DNA from: Saccostrea cucullata
Taxonomy: Eukaryota
Direction of reading: 5' to 3'
Length of the DNA stretch: 64,000 nt
NCBI RefSeq assembly: GCF_032062105.1
Contig: NW_026925650.1
Coordinates: forward strand, 62,001-126,000
Below the pieces are notes generated by a model, which ran no database searches, was not told the DNA's origin, and saw only the letters and a program-made list of their open reading frames with translations. Shown here piece after piece: positions 1-16,029 of this stretch. A program made the translations under genes and the position numbers. The first letter of the stretch is position 1. Each line of letters begins with the position of its first letter.

Positions 1-556
1 CTTATATAATACTGTATATTCGGTTGTACAGAAATATTTCTTCTGAAACATTTTAAAACTTTATTTTGGTTTTATTGATCATGAGGGTTTAGATTACATA
101 AAGATTATTCACAATAACACATTTTACCAGCAAAATAAAATTCTCAAAAATGCAACTCATATTGCTTTAATAAACTCTTCCTTTTTATTACAAGTCAAAG
201 AGTTTGACAACATAAAACATTTTTTATAGTCTGATAATTTAAAACAACATATTGGCAGCGTATTACCCTGGTAACAATGTCAATATCACTAAAGCTGTTA
301 TAAGTTTCGACGTTATAGCCGCGAATAGGATATTCAAAGGCAACTTGTGAATAGTAACATAAATTATGATAGAATGTTCAAACCGAGGGCATCGTAAAGT
401 TGAGTAAATTCTCGCAAAAGATCAAAACATAATTCGACATTGATTCAAATGCAAAATTATTTCACTTCCGTTAAGCACACAAGACAAACTACCCCCCCCC
501 CCCCCCAACAAGAACTCTACTAAAACCCCTATAACTCCGCTGCAAAAGAGACTTAC

Positions 557-3533
557 TTTGTTTAACCTCCAAAAACTCTAGCCTTGTGCTGGCTTTCGTG
601 TAGTCCCCGCGGTCCTCTAATCCAGCGTTCACAAACTTATCAATGGTCACCTTAAGTAGGTCAATGTCCTTCACAGCTGTGGCTTCCTTGACCCCCTTCC
701 TCAACAGCTTCTCTCGAGCATTCTGTAACATACAGAACGCATTAATACGGTTCAAACAAAAATACAGACGGCGAGAAAAAGAGAGTACAATCTAATCTTT
801 TTTATTATTTTCCAATCATTAATTCAGTATTTGGTGCTAGTTAGATTCCCCTTTATAATGAATTTGTTTGTATTTAAATTCAACTCAACAAAAAATATAA
901 ATGACTTGCATGCAAAGAAAAGTATGGTCCCCGTTACATTGTCATATTTTTTGCAATCCGTTATTCGTCGTTTAGCAATGAATTCAACGGACGCAGAGTT
1001 ATTATCTTGCAACTCTTTATCAACAGTATATGGGAAAATTAAAAACTGTACAAAATTGATTGCTGGCCTAGGTGCGATAGGGCGAAAATTAGCCTCTGGA
1101 CATTAAACTTGGTTTTTACCTCCCATCCCTTCCTCCTCTTGGTTGAGGGTCTTGGATCTTCTGTACAGATCATGTAATTGCAGATATTGGCCATCTCTCC
1201 CCTCACGCCTTTGGTCTTACCGTAGATTTTGATCAGATAGTCCCCGTGCTGAGGAATTTTCCCCATAATATCGATCCTCCCTACGTTCTTTTTACAATAA
1301 AATCTTTCCTTTAGTTCATTCTCACTTAGAAGGATGTGCAAGAACTTCACTTTAATGTTAATACCAGTTTCAACCATGATTGTGATGTGAATGTCTTGAT
1401 GGGGTTTCATGACGAGTAGTCCTGATTTTTGAGAAGGATCAATTAGTCCACCCTTCTGGGCTTCGTATGAATAACCAAGACCGATCCACGGCGCATCGGG
1501 GAAAGGTACACAATTTTCTCGCGGATTTTCACAAACAAGGCGAAAATCTGCAATCCATGGAACATTTTCACGGTCGACATGTCCACCGAAAATTGACAGT
1601 TTGTACACACCGGGAACTGGGAATCTAACAATAAAAGTCCAAATATTATCCTCATAATTCATGAGGACGTATTTGTTCAATGGCGTCTTGTTGTCAAGGT
1701 CAACCTCAGACTCGTCACGCTTGAACAGCAGGTCATAGTTCATTTGTGTTGGGTAGTCGTCGGGAACTCGGAACGCGATTTCAACAACGCCGTCAATATC
1801 GTGTAAAATACAGCTTTGTTCTGTGATCAGCTTCAAACCCAGTCCAAAATATGCCTCCTGTAAAAAAGGAACGCGGACAAAGCGGTTAAGGTCATACGGT
1901 ACGGTCAAGAGCTGCCATTTTGGGTCGTCCGGGAAGCAGAAATAGAGGAAGTCATGCGGATCGGTGAGAAAGAAAAACTCGTTGATTTTCTGTATGGTCC
2001 ATCCTTCTGTGTTTTCCTCTTCGTCGTCGTAGGCCGTCCACTTGTCCAGGCCTGACTTGCCAATCACTGTTTGACACGCCCACAAAGGATGGATCAATCT
2101 CCAGCTGTCCTTGACCCAAACCACGTTCCATTTGGACCTGAGGTCTTTCAGTGTATCCGTAGTCCCTACTTCGTATCCGGCACTTTTGCAGACTCCCTTT
2201 ATTATCGCACATTTTATTCCCGATTTTCTACAAAGGAATAATACATTCCTCAAGAATATTAAAGATAAATGTTGTACACAAATGTTGTTCTTAATAGTTT
2301 TTATTTTACAGAAGAATTTGTTTCCATATGTATTCATTATTTTTACCTGCAGAGTACTGCAAAGAGCGAGGCATACGAAGCTCTCCCCTCCTTAATGAGT
2401 TTCATGAATCCTCTTGGTGTTCTCGCGAGATCTTCAGGCGGGTATCCTTCCAGATTTTTGTATTTAGTTGTTGTGATTGGCTGAACGCATAGCCACATGA
2501 ACAGCGCACGCACCTTCTGCATGTCAGTCCTGAACGGCACCACGAGGTAGTCGAGAAGCTGCTGGAAAGATAAGTCGATCTTACCAGGAATCTGGAAAAG
2601 AATGAAATTAATTTAAACGTATAACTTCTTCTGCAATGAAACTGAAAATGAAAATAAAAGGCGATGAGAATGTGATGCGTGATGGTATTAATTCAGTTAC
2701 TTTGGATAAAAAATGTTTACGTAGAAAGATAGTAGGTCTAAATTGGTTCTTGTGCTATCAAACGCTGTTACTGTGACAGAGGCAAGGATATCCAACCCCA
2801 AATATAGATTATTTGTAAAATTGATTCCATTAAATTCATATATTTATTAACTGCAAGTATTATAACTAATCCTTCGAGAATCTGAATCCGCCGCTGAAAT
2901 AAACAGCGTCGTACAAAAATGGTCAGTTCATATCAGTAATTTTTGTCAGTACTATTTCGCTGGTTCTACTTTCCCCCTAGCTGCTTATATCCCACCCTGA
3001 TCTGAAAATTTTCATAAGTCGACATAAATAATATAGATTTGTTCACACCTTCCTGACATGCTGGTGTACATCTTTATACTTCCAGTGTTCGTAAATATCG
3101 TCTTTCTTCAGAGAATTCTGTTTGGGTGGAGGGTAGTCCTCGTCCGGGGGAAACTCGGGGACGTCTACCTATCATTAGGAAGGTAATTAAAAGATTAAAT
3201 TTAGCTACATGTAGGTCAACTTAGGAAACAAACTAAAAAATAAAATACATATGTATTATGCCAAGTTTATGCTAAACACATCTTACGTGTTCCATGGGAC
3301 CTGTTTTCAGGAAATATTTTTTCTGCTCCAAAAACTACTAGAATTCTTTGTGGCATGTGCAAGTTTTTTTATATTGATACTTCAGTACATGAAGTTCGGT
3401 TTACGTGCTCTAGTTGGACAGAAAAAAGACAATTCAGCTGTATACTTACGTCTTCTTCGTCTGGCTCCCGTTGGACTCCAGGCTTTTTGACATTCGATGT
3501 CGAGGATGCTTGTGTCGAGGAATTACTGCCCAT
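557..3533 (-). CDS. Hillarin / kyphoscoliosis-peptidase (KY)-like transglutaminase-fold protein, 3' end outside window
   Basis: Exons (minus) 3533-3450, 3168-3049, 2591-2347, 2227-1120, 722-557; all GT-AG and phase-consistent (574 codons in window). Starts MGSNSS (N-myristoylation-like). Contains hillarin/KY motifs: KVRALFMWL, SYASLFAVLCR, IIKGVCKSAGYEVG, WNVV..KDSWRLIHPLW, INEFFFLTDP, FPDDPKWQLL, and Ig-like RFPVPGVYKLSIFG repeats. Last exon ends in phase 1 and I found no further exon before position 1. Confidence 0.85.
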
Positions 3534-3855
3534 CTCCAGTTTTAATCAAGCCATATTTCACAAGATATTATTATCTGTTCTTCATTGCTTTAATTTTCTT
3601 CTTCAAAGTTCAGTGGTTAATTATTACTCGTAGCCGTGGAAAGTGTTTAAACAAATCGTGATTTGACCAATGATGCAGTTGGTTGCATGTTTTGAATTAT
3701 TGTTCTTAGGTAGCACTAGGCATAATTTAAAGGAATAGTAACGTCAAGGACAACAACTCTTAAACGAATTTAAGATTAAACTAACACAGTTTTTGCCCGT
3801 GCATTTTATTCTTCACAAAAAGCAGTAAATATGTACATTACAATTTAGACTAGTT

Positions 3856-6659
<2,804 letters not shown>

Positions 6660-7254
6660 TGGTCCTCAGTGTTCTTACCTTTTCATACACGTGCATATGT
6701 ACCATGCAGCCGGAAAAAAAACAGTAGCACAATACCATGAACTATGTTAAAGATTTTAGCTAAGGTCTCCGTTTGTTTGTATAGGTCATGTCCACCTAGA
6801 TTATCAAACAATGTCAACATGTATCAAACGATGTAAACATGCGAATAAATAAACTAAATAATCCAAATATATTCAATATGCACAGGATATAAAGCATCAC
6901 GTGGTTTTAATTCCTTTTAATTAACAGTAATTAAGATATATAACATTCAATTACTCACTTGTAAAAGTGTATAAAGCTTTTATCTTACACCTTATACTCG
7001 TGCACCAAGCCAATACTTAAACACTTTCTAAGGGAGTTTTCAAATACATTGTAACAGGATATGCAAAGACATGTCAATAAAATACCTGTAAAGTCAATAA
7101 ATAGTTTATACTGGTGTCCAATTTCAGATAGTACAAACACGGAACTTGGGACGTAAAAAATTCTGTAACTTTTTTTGTTTAATATTGAAAAGGGATTGTA
7201 TTACATATATACATTGTAATGAGTGAAAAATAGTAATAACTAAATGCTCATATG

Positions 7255-7482
7255 ATATCGAGACGCCACCAATTGCTGGCTTAGAGCTGCAAATTAAACA
7301 TACTCGGCACTCACGGCCATTGATCAGTGACGTATCTTTCGCGGGTCAACACCTACTACGACACAGAACAGTCTCGCCCAAAGTACCGGTCTCCACATCT
7401 AGCTGTGGGATTCTAATTCAGAACGTAAGGACCAGCTCCTTATTTTGCGACTCTAGAGCAGACGTTCTAACCATTGTGACAC
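7255..7482 (-). mobile_element. Degenerate tRNA-derived SINE fragment
   Basis: Decayed match, from memory, to the common bivalve SINE body (gagacg.cacca.tgc.gg...gctgcaaa...tactcggcactca.ggccatt...cacacctact.cgacac) ending in a reverse-complement A-box-like 'ctctaacca'. Confidence 0.5.
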
Positions 7483-9224
7483 TGACTTTATGACCTCTGT
7501 TTTACACTTCCGGGTCTCCGTACAACTTCCTGTCAGATATACAAATATCAAAAACGCAAGAAAAAGATTATAATTTAAATTGGTACTTTTTATAACTTTT
7601 GTTTTAGTGTAATGACTTACATATCGCAAACGCATTTCAGACCGATTTATTTGAACGGTGTGTTTAGAGAAATTCCTTTCTTTGAAAATTATCATAGGTA
7701 CCAATTTCGGAAGTTATATATAGCTAGCCCTCTCTTTTAACTGAAGTTTATGTTTAGGAAAAGTGGAAAATCTATCATATGATGTGTGAGTTTACTATAG
7801 TACTTTTTTAGGGGATAATAAGATATTTTAAGATTCAATAAAGAAGCAACAATGCTGTGAACATTTTTAGCCCTCCATACCCAGCCAATAGGAAGGAGAT
7901 GGTCTGCAATATAGTACACATTCTCACATTGACAAAAAATCGCCACGGCACGTTCGTTTTAATAACATTTCTTTGCACATGAAGGAAACCCACGGCACAA
8001 AACTGAAGTTAAATTTCATCGATTAGAAAGTGGTTTACATGCATGTATTTGATCAGGATCAACCCGTCTACTACAAAGGGGAGAAAGATGGATATTTAGC
8101 AAATGTTTAGAAGGGAACTAAAATTACTAAATAGTCATTTGCAAGGGGATGTATTAAGACATTGGGTCTATTTTTGGAACAAGACGCAATTTCTAGTTTT
8201 TATCTATTATGTCTCTTACTGATTTATTCTACTGTACATTGTGTCTCAAAAATGCTTCTGCTTAAAGTACATTAATTGTTTCAGAAGTCATTGTTAAGAT
8301 GTAGTGTTGACCATTGATAACATCCAAAGTGCAGTCTGGAGAAGACACAAATTGCAACAAGTCACGCCCCTGTCCGTCAAAACTAATTTGCTCCTGCCCC
8401 GAGAGGAACATTTCATTCAGGATTTACTATCAGAGGGTTGTCAAATGTCTGAATGCCCCAATACACAAAACAGATCTATTTTGTTTGATGTTTCTGAAGT
8501 GATGTATTCCGATACGTCCTTCTGTCCTTCTAGATATTTTTTGTTGATAGAACAATTCAGAATTTAAAAGTCACTCTGTCAATGAGTTTGACAGGGGGGT
8601 AAATGTACAAGGGTATGTACCCACTCTTTTAAAATACGAGTGTACTGCAAAGTAGGATGGGAGCAGAATTGCACATTTCACCTACTCCCTCGGGGTTTGA
8701 GAATAAACAGGTAAGGACAATGCTGGATTTATTAAAAAAAATTGTATTAATAAAATAACTGTACTTTTTTCTTTTCGTATGTCAGCATTTGTAAAACTGC
8801 AATTGCCCCTTTTAACTTTCATTAATTACCAATGGAAGGGTGTGATTTTCAATAAAATTCTTGATGGATATTTAATTACGTTTCTTTAAAAACTTTCTCT
8901 GTAAACTTGGGTATTTTGCAGTGTAGTTTTCCGTTCTTTCAAATAGAAAGTTCTCTTTCAAGCTTTTCTTCGTCATATAATGAAACAATTTCTGTTTCAA
9001 TCGTAAAAGGGGAAACGGAATTCAAAAAATCCCTGTGTGGAAAGGTTACTGACCGAAATATGGCGCATATGACCATAACTTTCTTATTTAATTAAAGAAG
9101 ACATATAAATTACTTGATATTACGTACTTAGAGTTTTGAAAGAGAATGAAATGACCAAAGCTACATTTCTAATAAAAATACTTGATCCAAGTCGTCATTT
9201 TCAGACGGAGAAAAGGGAGTTCGA

Positions 9225-11586
9225 ATGATCAACCCTTACAAAATGTTAGAATTCTACAGTCATGGAATTGTAAGCATACTTGTACTCTTTTTTGAAACCA
9301 AAATTCGGAATTATATGTAATATATGATGTAATAGACATGTAACTTGTTTGTGTCTGTAAATAAAAAAGTATTAAATTATATGAATAGTTTCCTATCATG
9401 AAAATATTTCAATTTCAGGAGTTTCAAAAAAAGGTGCTATGGATTTGTGGGAAAATTCTTACGATAATCGGTGAGTTTGTATATTTGTCACAACTTCGTA
9501 AATAACAGACACTCAGTTTTTCGTGTTACACGTATCTATATCTGACTGAATGCGATGATAAAAATTAAAATTAGAGGTACTGTGAGTACTGTGCTCACTA
9601 AATGATACCTCTGCCTCCCATATGAATATAATGGCAAATTTCATGTTTTGCTCTGGGAGACCCGAAATATGTATCAGACAAAAAATAAAATAAGAGGGAC
9701 ACAATGGCATTATGTAATAAAGAAGCGGTGAAAGTATCGCAAAATTTTATTCAGCGGTATAGGAGGAGTTGCGGATAAGAGATGGGCACTGTAGCAACCG
9801 CTAATGATAGAACGCCGCTTAATGATGCAAATATCATTAAGCGTTGCAATGTCATAAATCATTGCATTAAAAGTTGACATGCTCATCCGCTTAATGATAT
9901 AATTCTTTCATTAAGCGGCGATTTAGCATTAGCGGTTGAAAAGGTCAACCATTAATGCAATGACTTATAGTATTAAGCGTTACAATTGCAACGGTTAATG
10001 ATATTTGTATCATTAAGCGACATTATATCATTAGCGGTTGCTACAGGGCACCCTTCAATATTAAACAAAGAATGGTAGTGTCCATCTTTTGCTATGGAAA
10101 CCCAAAGTATTGATAAAAACATGTAAAACATATATCTATGTACAAAAAACAAGTAAAGGAGTGAATTTTGTCATCTTTGATTCCATGATTTACTTTTTGA
10201 AATGCAGAGATCAGCATATGCATACAATACATTGTTACTAATTTGTGTCAATGTGATACTGGTTTAATATAACTTTCAGTTCATATGAAATCATTTGTTC
10301 AACACAAATAAAATGTAACATCGGGTTTTTATGTCCTATAGCTTCTGTCTCCTCCCTCTGTGACGTCACGACACAGGAAATTTCTGCCGATACCAGCTGG
10401 AGATCCTTCACATCCGTCGGATTTAACGGAGGGAGCGGATCCTACATTAAGTAGGTGGATTCAATTTGAGAAGGAAAAATCGTCAGAAATCTCGCGTAAA
10501 TACTAGCAGGCTACAAAAAAGTAATTTCCCCAACAAATGTTTGATAAGTCATTTTGCTATTTATATGAACAAACTAAAATATAGTACTTAAAGGACACGA
10601 GTGTGTTTTTAAAAAAAATATTTATAGTAACATGGATTGTTGGTGGCGGATTGACTCAGGAGCGGATGACCTTCGCCTTTTGTTATTTCTGACCTTGGAT
10701 ACTGCGTGTCCCGGCGATAAAGTTTATATTTACGATGGTAAGTATCTTGTCAAATCTAGTGTACAAAGTGAAAAAGCCGTAGAATTTCAAATTATTATTT
10801 ATGTTTGAATCTAGAATCAAAAGGGGTGTTTAGTTTTTTTTTTTACAAATACTACTACTTTTAATGATAAAAGTATTTAAAATTCCTGTTTATATTGAGC
10901 CCACACATTATTTTGTACATATGAACTGGTTCTTTACTTGATCGTTGAGTCTTATATCTCTGTACATTTCGACGTGCACATAATTTGTTTGTCTTCTGTT
11001 TAAGTACCAGTCTAGCATTTCAAAGAAACTTGACGGGTACTTGACTTTACCTACTCTACATTTTTTATTATCTGAAAAAAATTCTGTTTGCTTTTTTATG
11101 TCATTCTGTATTTTGAAATCGAATAAATTAAGTAATATATCGATAAGTACAAAAATTAATTAACATAACAAATACATACCTGCTAAAAATCTAATATTTT
11201 TTGTTTGACCTTACATTTTGACCTACATCAACATTTGCTATAATATTAACTTTTGAAGAGTTTATGCTAGGGCTTTTATATTTCAAAAGTGTCTATCTTG
11301 TGACAAGACCTATACCTGTACATTTGTTCTAATAATTTTGACATTGACATTGGAGTTTGACTAACTTTAAAAAAAAAAAGAATTAACTTTGGTCCTAACT
11401 TTTGAACAGTAAGTGCTTGGATTTCATATTCCAAACAAATATATATATTCACTGAGACACGTCCTTTCTTAGGGTGACGACATATTTTTATCTCTTGACC
11501 TTTGGATATGACTTCCATTTGAGGAACGCCAACCGTCGCTATATAATTTATGCTTCCGTGAGGGCATCAGTGTTCCACAAACACAT

Positions 11587-11617
<31 letters not shown>

Positions 11618-13417
11618 GTTTTGTCTGTTTGATGGTTGTTTGGTATTGTTTTTGTATAAAAAGGATTAAAAATCTTTAATTTGTGAATAAAAGCCTGTAA
11701 TTTTAAAAGGAAATTCAGCAGCAGCCACTGCCCTTGCAAATAACAAGTGTGGAACACCGGCCACGCCTTCACACTATTCGACGACTCAGCGATTCGCCTA
11801 TCTTCGAATGGTAACCGACGCAAGCGTGCAGAGGGCTGGGTTCAAGATGGATTTTATTGCTGCCCAAGATTACTGTATGTTTACAATATACATGTAACTG
11901 GTATATCTTCAAATGATTTTTAAATCATGACTATAATCAATAGAATTTAAGGAATCATTGCTAGGATTGCAAGACTTTCTTGTTTCTTTCTAAATTAATT
12001 TCATCTCAACTGATTGAATTGCTAAGGGTACATGTTTCCTACTAGCATGGGCTGGCGGGTTAACCCTTTAGCTCAATCGGCTGAGTACTGGAATGGCAAG
12101 CCAGAGGTTCCGGGTTCAATCCCCAGCATAAGCAGTTACATGTCTATGTTATATTTTGACGCCCGTGTTGGTATCCGGGTGTTCTTTGGAAGGAAAAGGT
12201 TGATTGCCCTCACAACTTCGCCCTACAGGTGTCGGCACTCAAAAAGATGAGGACTTCTCATTCTCTCGAGGGGATCAATAGAGACATGTACATGTAACTG
12301 CCTCTGCTTGGGATTTTATCGGGGGCCTGTGCCAGTCTGGTGCTCTACCGATCGAGCCAAAGGGTTAACCCACCAGCCGAAGCTAGTAGGAAGCCATGTA
12401 TCTGACACTACCACAATAAGGTGCTAGTGAGTAAAACAAAACCAAGTGTTATATATTCCCTTCGTTTCAGCCGGAACCGGATGTACGTCGACGCAGTCCT
12501 TGTCCGCAGGAGATAACGTACAATTCCTTTCTAGCCCGAATTTCCCTGGCCTATATAACAAGTGAGAATGTCTTTTTCAATATAATTAATTAATTATAAT
12601 GTAGATAACCCCCGGACCTGTGTATATATACACTAAAATTCTTCACGGAATATTTTACTCTTTTTTAACAGTGGTAAAAGTTGTCGCTGGGTGATTACGA
12701 GCGCCACCGGAAATGTTGATCTTGACGTCATGTTTTCAGACATTGAGGACGATCTTCCAACTGCGTGTAACTATGATAAATACTACATTAATGATGGTGA
12801 GTAGCACACATTAATATGATCAATACATAAACAAAAGCTTACTATCTTACCAACGGCAAATTCTATTTTGAAGGAAATGATCGATGCGATAATAATGCAG
12901 TAAGAACTGTGTGCTCTCAGTACCCAAAGGTCGCGCCCTTCACCTTTACGTCTTCAGGGTCATCTGTTGTGGTATCGTTCTTTAGTGACAATACTGTAGG
13001 ACGCCATGGTTTTCTTATTAAATACAAATCGAATGTGACGGAGACAACGACTACTGCGGAACAGACAACGGAACTGAGCTCAACTCAGACAGCAACCCCG
13101 AACCATGCAAAGGTCACAAAAGGTAAAGGTCGCCAAATTTTAGAAATACGTTTGATTTTATCTCTATTTGCAAAGCTGCAAGTAAGAGAGAAAAAGATAA
13201 CTGTACAGATTATAGAATGTAAGCAGCTTTAGATTTCAAATATAGACGAAAAATTATTTTTCATGTTTCAGATTCAGACAGGTGCATGGATGTTAGACTC
13301 GTGATTGGCATTGTATTTGGGTCTTTGGTCACGGTAATCTTCTCCTGTACTCTTGTTATACTGATGTTAGTACGAAGTCACAATTTACAGAAGAAGGCAA
13401 TAAAGCCAGACGATTGA
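9225..13417 (+). CDS. Type-I membrane protein: 2 CUB domains, Thr-rich stalk, TM helix, short tail (about 363 aa)
   Basis: Exons 9225-9269, 9419-9470, 10342-10450, 10628-10737, 11710-11874, 12471-12561, 12672-12796, 12874-13122, 13272-13417; GT-AG and in phase. CUB motifs: NMDCWWRI, CPGDKVYIYDG, VTDASVQRAGFKMDF; FLSSPNFPGLY, KSCRWVI, CNYDKYYINDG, FFSDNTVGRHGFLIKY. TM segment LVIGIVFGSLVTVIFSCTLVILMLV. The first exon and start codon are less certain. Confidence 0.85.
9575..9789 (-). mobile_element. Truncated HINE/Helentron-type repeat (same family as 14760-15082), host of the MITE
   Basis: Aligns by eye to 14765-14985 (ggtactgtgag..ctcactaaatgatacc...ggagttgcggataagagatggg). Confidence 0.75.
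9790..10045. mobile_element. 256-bp MITE with 20-bp perfect TIRs and 6-bp TSD
   Basis: TGTAGCAACCGCTAATGATA...TATCATTAGCGGTTGCTACA, flanked by GGGCAC on both sides (9784-9789, 10046-10051); internal ttaatga/tcattaa repeats. Confidence 0.9.
11205..11590 (+). mobile_element. 3' part of a HINE/Helitron-like non-autonomous repeat
   Basis: tttgacctt motifs, same family type as 17163-17865 in opposite orientation; ends ggcatcagtgttccacaaacacatc followed by a T run. Confidence 0.6.
12029..12400. mobile_element. Fold-back element whose ~115-bp inverted arms are tRNA-derived
   Basis: Left arm 12029-12143 is an imperfect reverse complement of right arm 12290-12400. Left arm has A box TAGCTCAATCGG and B box GGTTCAATCCC; right arm on the minus strand has TGGCTCGATCGGTAGAGCA. 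Confidence 0.75.
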
Positions 13418-14468
13418 TTAGTACTTCCTTGGATCAAAGTTATTTATTAGCTTTTTAACTGTCATGTGTACTCATTTTTAGTTAAGATTGCATAAGATGT
13501 TTCTTTTTCCATGACGCTTATCACAGAAAATTTAAGAGCAAGGATGACTCGGTAGGGAATTTCTTTACTCGTATTAAACACTATAAAGGAGTGCATGTAA
13601 ACATCGGAAGACAATGTATAAATACTTGTAATGTTTACTCAGCAGATCCTGTAAATTGATACCTGTATTTAAAGGTAAAAAATACGCCTATTAGAACGGG
13701 TGCATACATTGTATCGGTCGTGTATCGGCTTGATTATTGAGAAGTGATACAAGTACAAGCCCCTGAATAATTTTTCATTCGACTCAAAATCCTGAATATT
13801 TTTTAACTTCAAAAATATGTTATTTTTATTCATTAATTTTTTTTTTATTATTTTTATTTTTCGCTGCATATTTTGCCGACTTGATTTGTATGTTTTGTTT
13901 TTCTTTGTGAGAAATAATTTATACTTTAATTATGAAATAGCTGAACTGCTCACTGATTTGTTTGGGCAGGAAGTGGCTATTTTAAAATAGCAAGCTTGTC
14001 AGATTAAAGTTGAATATAACAATAAATTTGGAATATGATTCGACATGTGTCAGTTTGACATATGATTGCATTATAATACCAGCACGAGGGGTTTTACACG
14101 GGTTTAAGGACTAACGTTAGTTCTATAAAAACTTTTAGAAATTCAGTCAGGAGAATGACTTTCAACTCCCCAAAACATTAGACATAGGTACATAAGGCAA
14201 TCTTGCTCTAATCAAAGTCACACAAAAGTTTTTTTTTCTCCGATGTTAAACTGTTTAAGTATAGTATTAATTAAAAAAATTGCTGTTCTTTTTCCTTGAA
14301 TTGTAAAGAGATTCTTTGACTAGTTTGCACTAATTAAGTACATGTTCATTGATTTAGTTCTCAGAAACAAACGCATAGGTCGTGCAAGGTCATTTTGAAC
14401 GAAGATTAACACAAATGTTAAGGCCTTTTACTTTGAACATGTAGTTCTCCTCTAAAGCAACACTAGAG

Positions 14469-14700
14469 ACAAGAGGCCCACGGGCCTTATAGGTCACCTG
14501 AGTATCATCTAACAACTTTCCAGCGATTGTAATTGGTTCGTGTTTTAATCCAAAAGCCATGAAATTCACAAATTTTGAAGGAGGTACCATTGCTTATCAA
14601 AGGGCAGATTTCAAAGCATTAATTCATTTTTAGTCAAAGTACCCCCCTGGTACCCCTGACCCAGCGGCCCTGAAATTATCTATTTGAAAGAGGCCCCTTT
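14469..14700 (-). mobile_element. 3' end of Helentron/HINE (family of 26166-28642)
   Basis: acaagaggcccacgggcctt hairpin plus taggtcacctgag subterminal repeat; reverse complement of 28560-28642. Confidence 0.75.
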
Positions 14701-14759
14701 CCTCCTTATAAGGCCAGCATTTTTTTTTTATGTTTAGGTTTAGTTATGAACATGAGAAT

Positions 14760-15082
14760 AAACTAGTGGTACTGTGAGCGATGAGCTCACTAAATGATAC
14801 CCCCCGCCTCCATATAGTTATAATTGCAAAGTCCATGTTTTGCTGTGGCCGGGAAACCCAAAATATGTGTCGGATCAAAAAGTAAAATAGGAGGTGCACA
14901 ATGGCAATATGTAATAAAGATTCTGTGAAAGTTTCATCAAATTTCATTCAGTGGTATGAGAGGAGTTGCGGATAAGAGATGGGTACCCCAAAACGTAACA
15001 GACGGACGGACGGACGGACGTACAGACGGACGGAATTAACGATTACTATATACCCTCCCGCTTTTCAAGCGGGGGGTATAAA
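14760..15082 (-). mobile_element. Short complete HINE-type element
   Basis: 5' hairpin (tataccctcccgcttttcaagcggggggtata), GACG microsatellite, 3' gtgagc...gctcac hairpin and aactag end. Confidence 0.75.
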
Positions 15083-16029
15083 AAGTCCCGAAGGAGAAGG
15101 AAATAAAAATTTTTTTTTTGATAAATCAATTATTAACATTTGTACATTCTTCTTTTATGCTATTCTAACATGTCTAATAGGCTTCTTACTACTGGACACA
15201 TAATGCTTACAAATAGTAAATTAGTAGAACATTTAATTGCTTATTTCATCATCTGCCAGTTTGGGCCAGTTATATAAATTTTGTGATGTTGGTCAAAATA
15301 TATTTAAAAAAATCAATTCTTTAAAAGTCTTTCAATATATTTTCATTTTTTTTAATATGTGTTAGGTGAATGTGTAGACATTGTTCTAAAATTTACTTGA
15401 TGCCTAAAATTATAATTCCTATCGTAAAACAGACCGGGAGTATTGGGGAGTAGGGTGAACATCTTGCCTTTTAATAGTTGAATTTTTTTTTAATTTCCTC
15501 AGGTTATTGTTTATTTCTTCCTCAAATGGACTTAACTTCTCCCATAGTTTTATTCATTACATCTGATGCATAAGCAACCCTTTTCTGAAGAATGATGCTT
15601 AGACTGTAAGCTATAACAGAGACCTAAACAATGTCGCTGGCAATATGCAATAGCTACCACGGGCAGTTTAAAACCTGGGGGAGGAAAATAATTTACAGAC
15701 AGATATTTTTTAAACGAATACATAATTATCTCACCAGCATGTCAATGTGCAACAAAGTCGTCAGCATTTTATTTGTCCTTTGAACGGGTGAAACGTTTTG
15801 AATGGCACTCGTATCGATGAATTTTACACTAAACCAAGTTATCTTCTCAGATCTAGCTTTATTTACCCGCCGTTTCATCTTAAAACCGGAAGTGCGAGTT
15901 CGTAAATTTGAAATCTCGATCCCGACACAAATTTGAAAAATGTTTTATATTTTTATGAAAATTCAAAACCTTGAGCGGAGGGTTTGTAAAACAGAAAATA
16001 AAATAAATCCTGGCCATAAATATGTAATT

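Noticed and set aside
8285-8711. Exon-like segment with Cys-rich short ORFs upstream of the CUB gene
   Set aside because: Has plausible splice sites but I found no frame open throughout and no recognisable domain; at most a 5' UTR exon or decayed sequence.
12055-12130. Functional tRNA gene
   Set aside because: Acceptor and anticodon stems pair poorly, and the sequence is one arm of an inverted repeat element.
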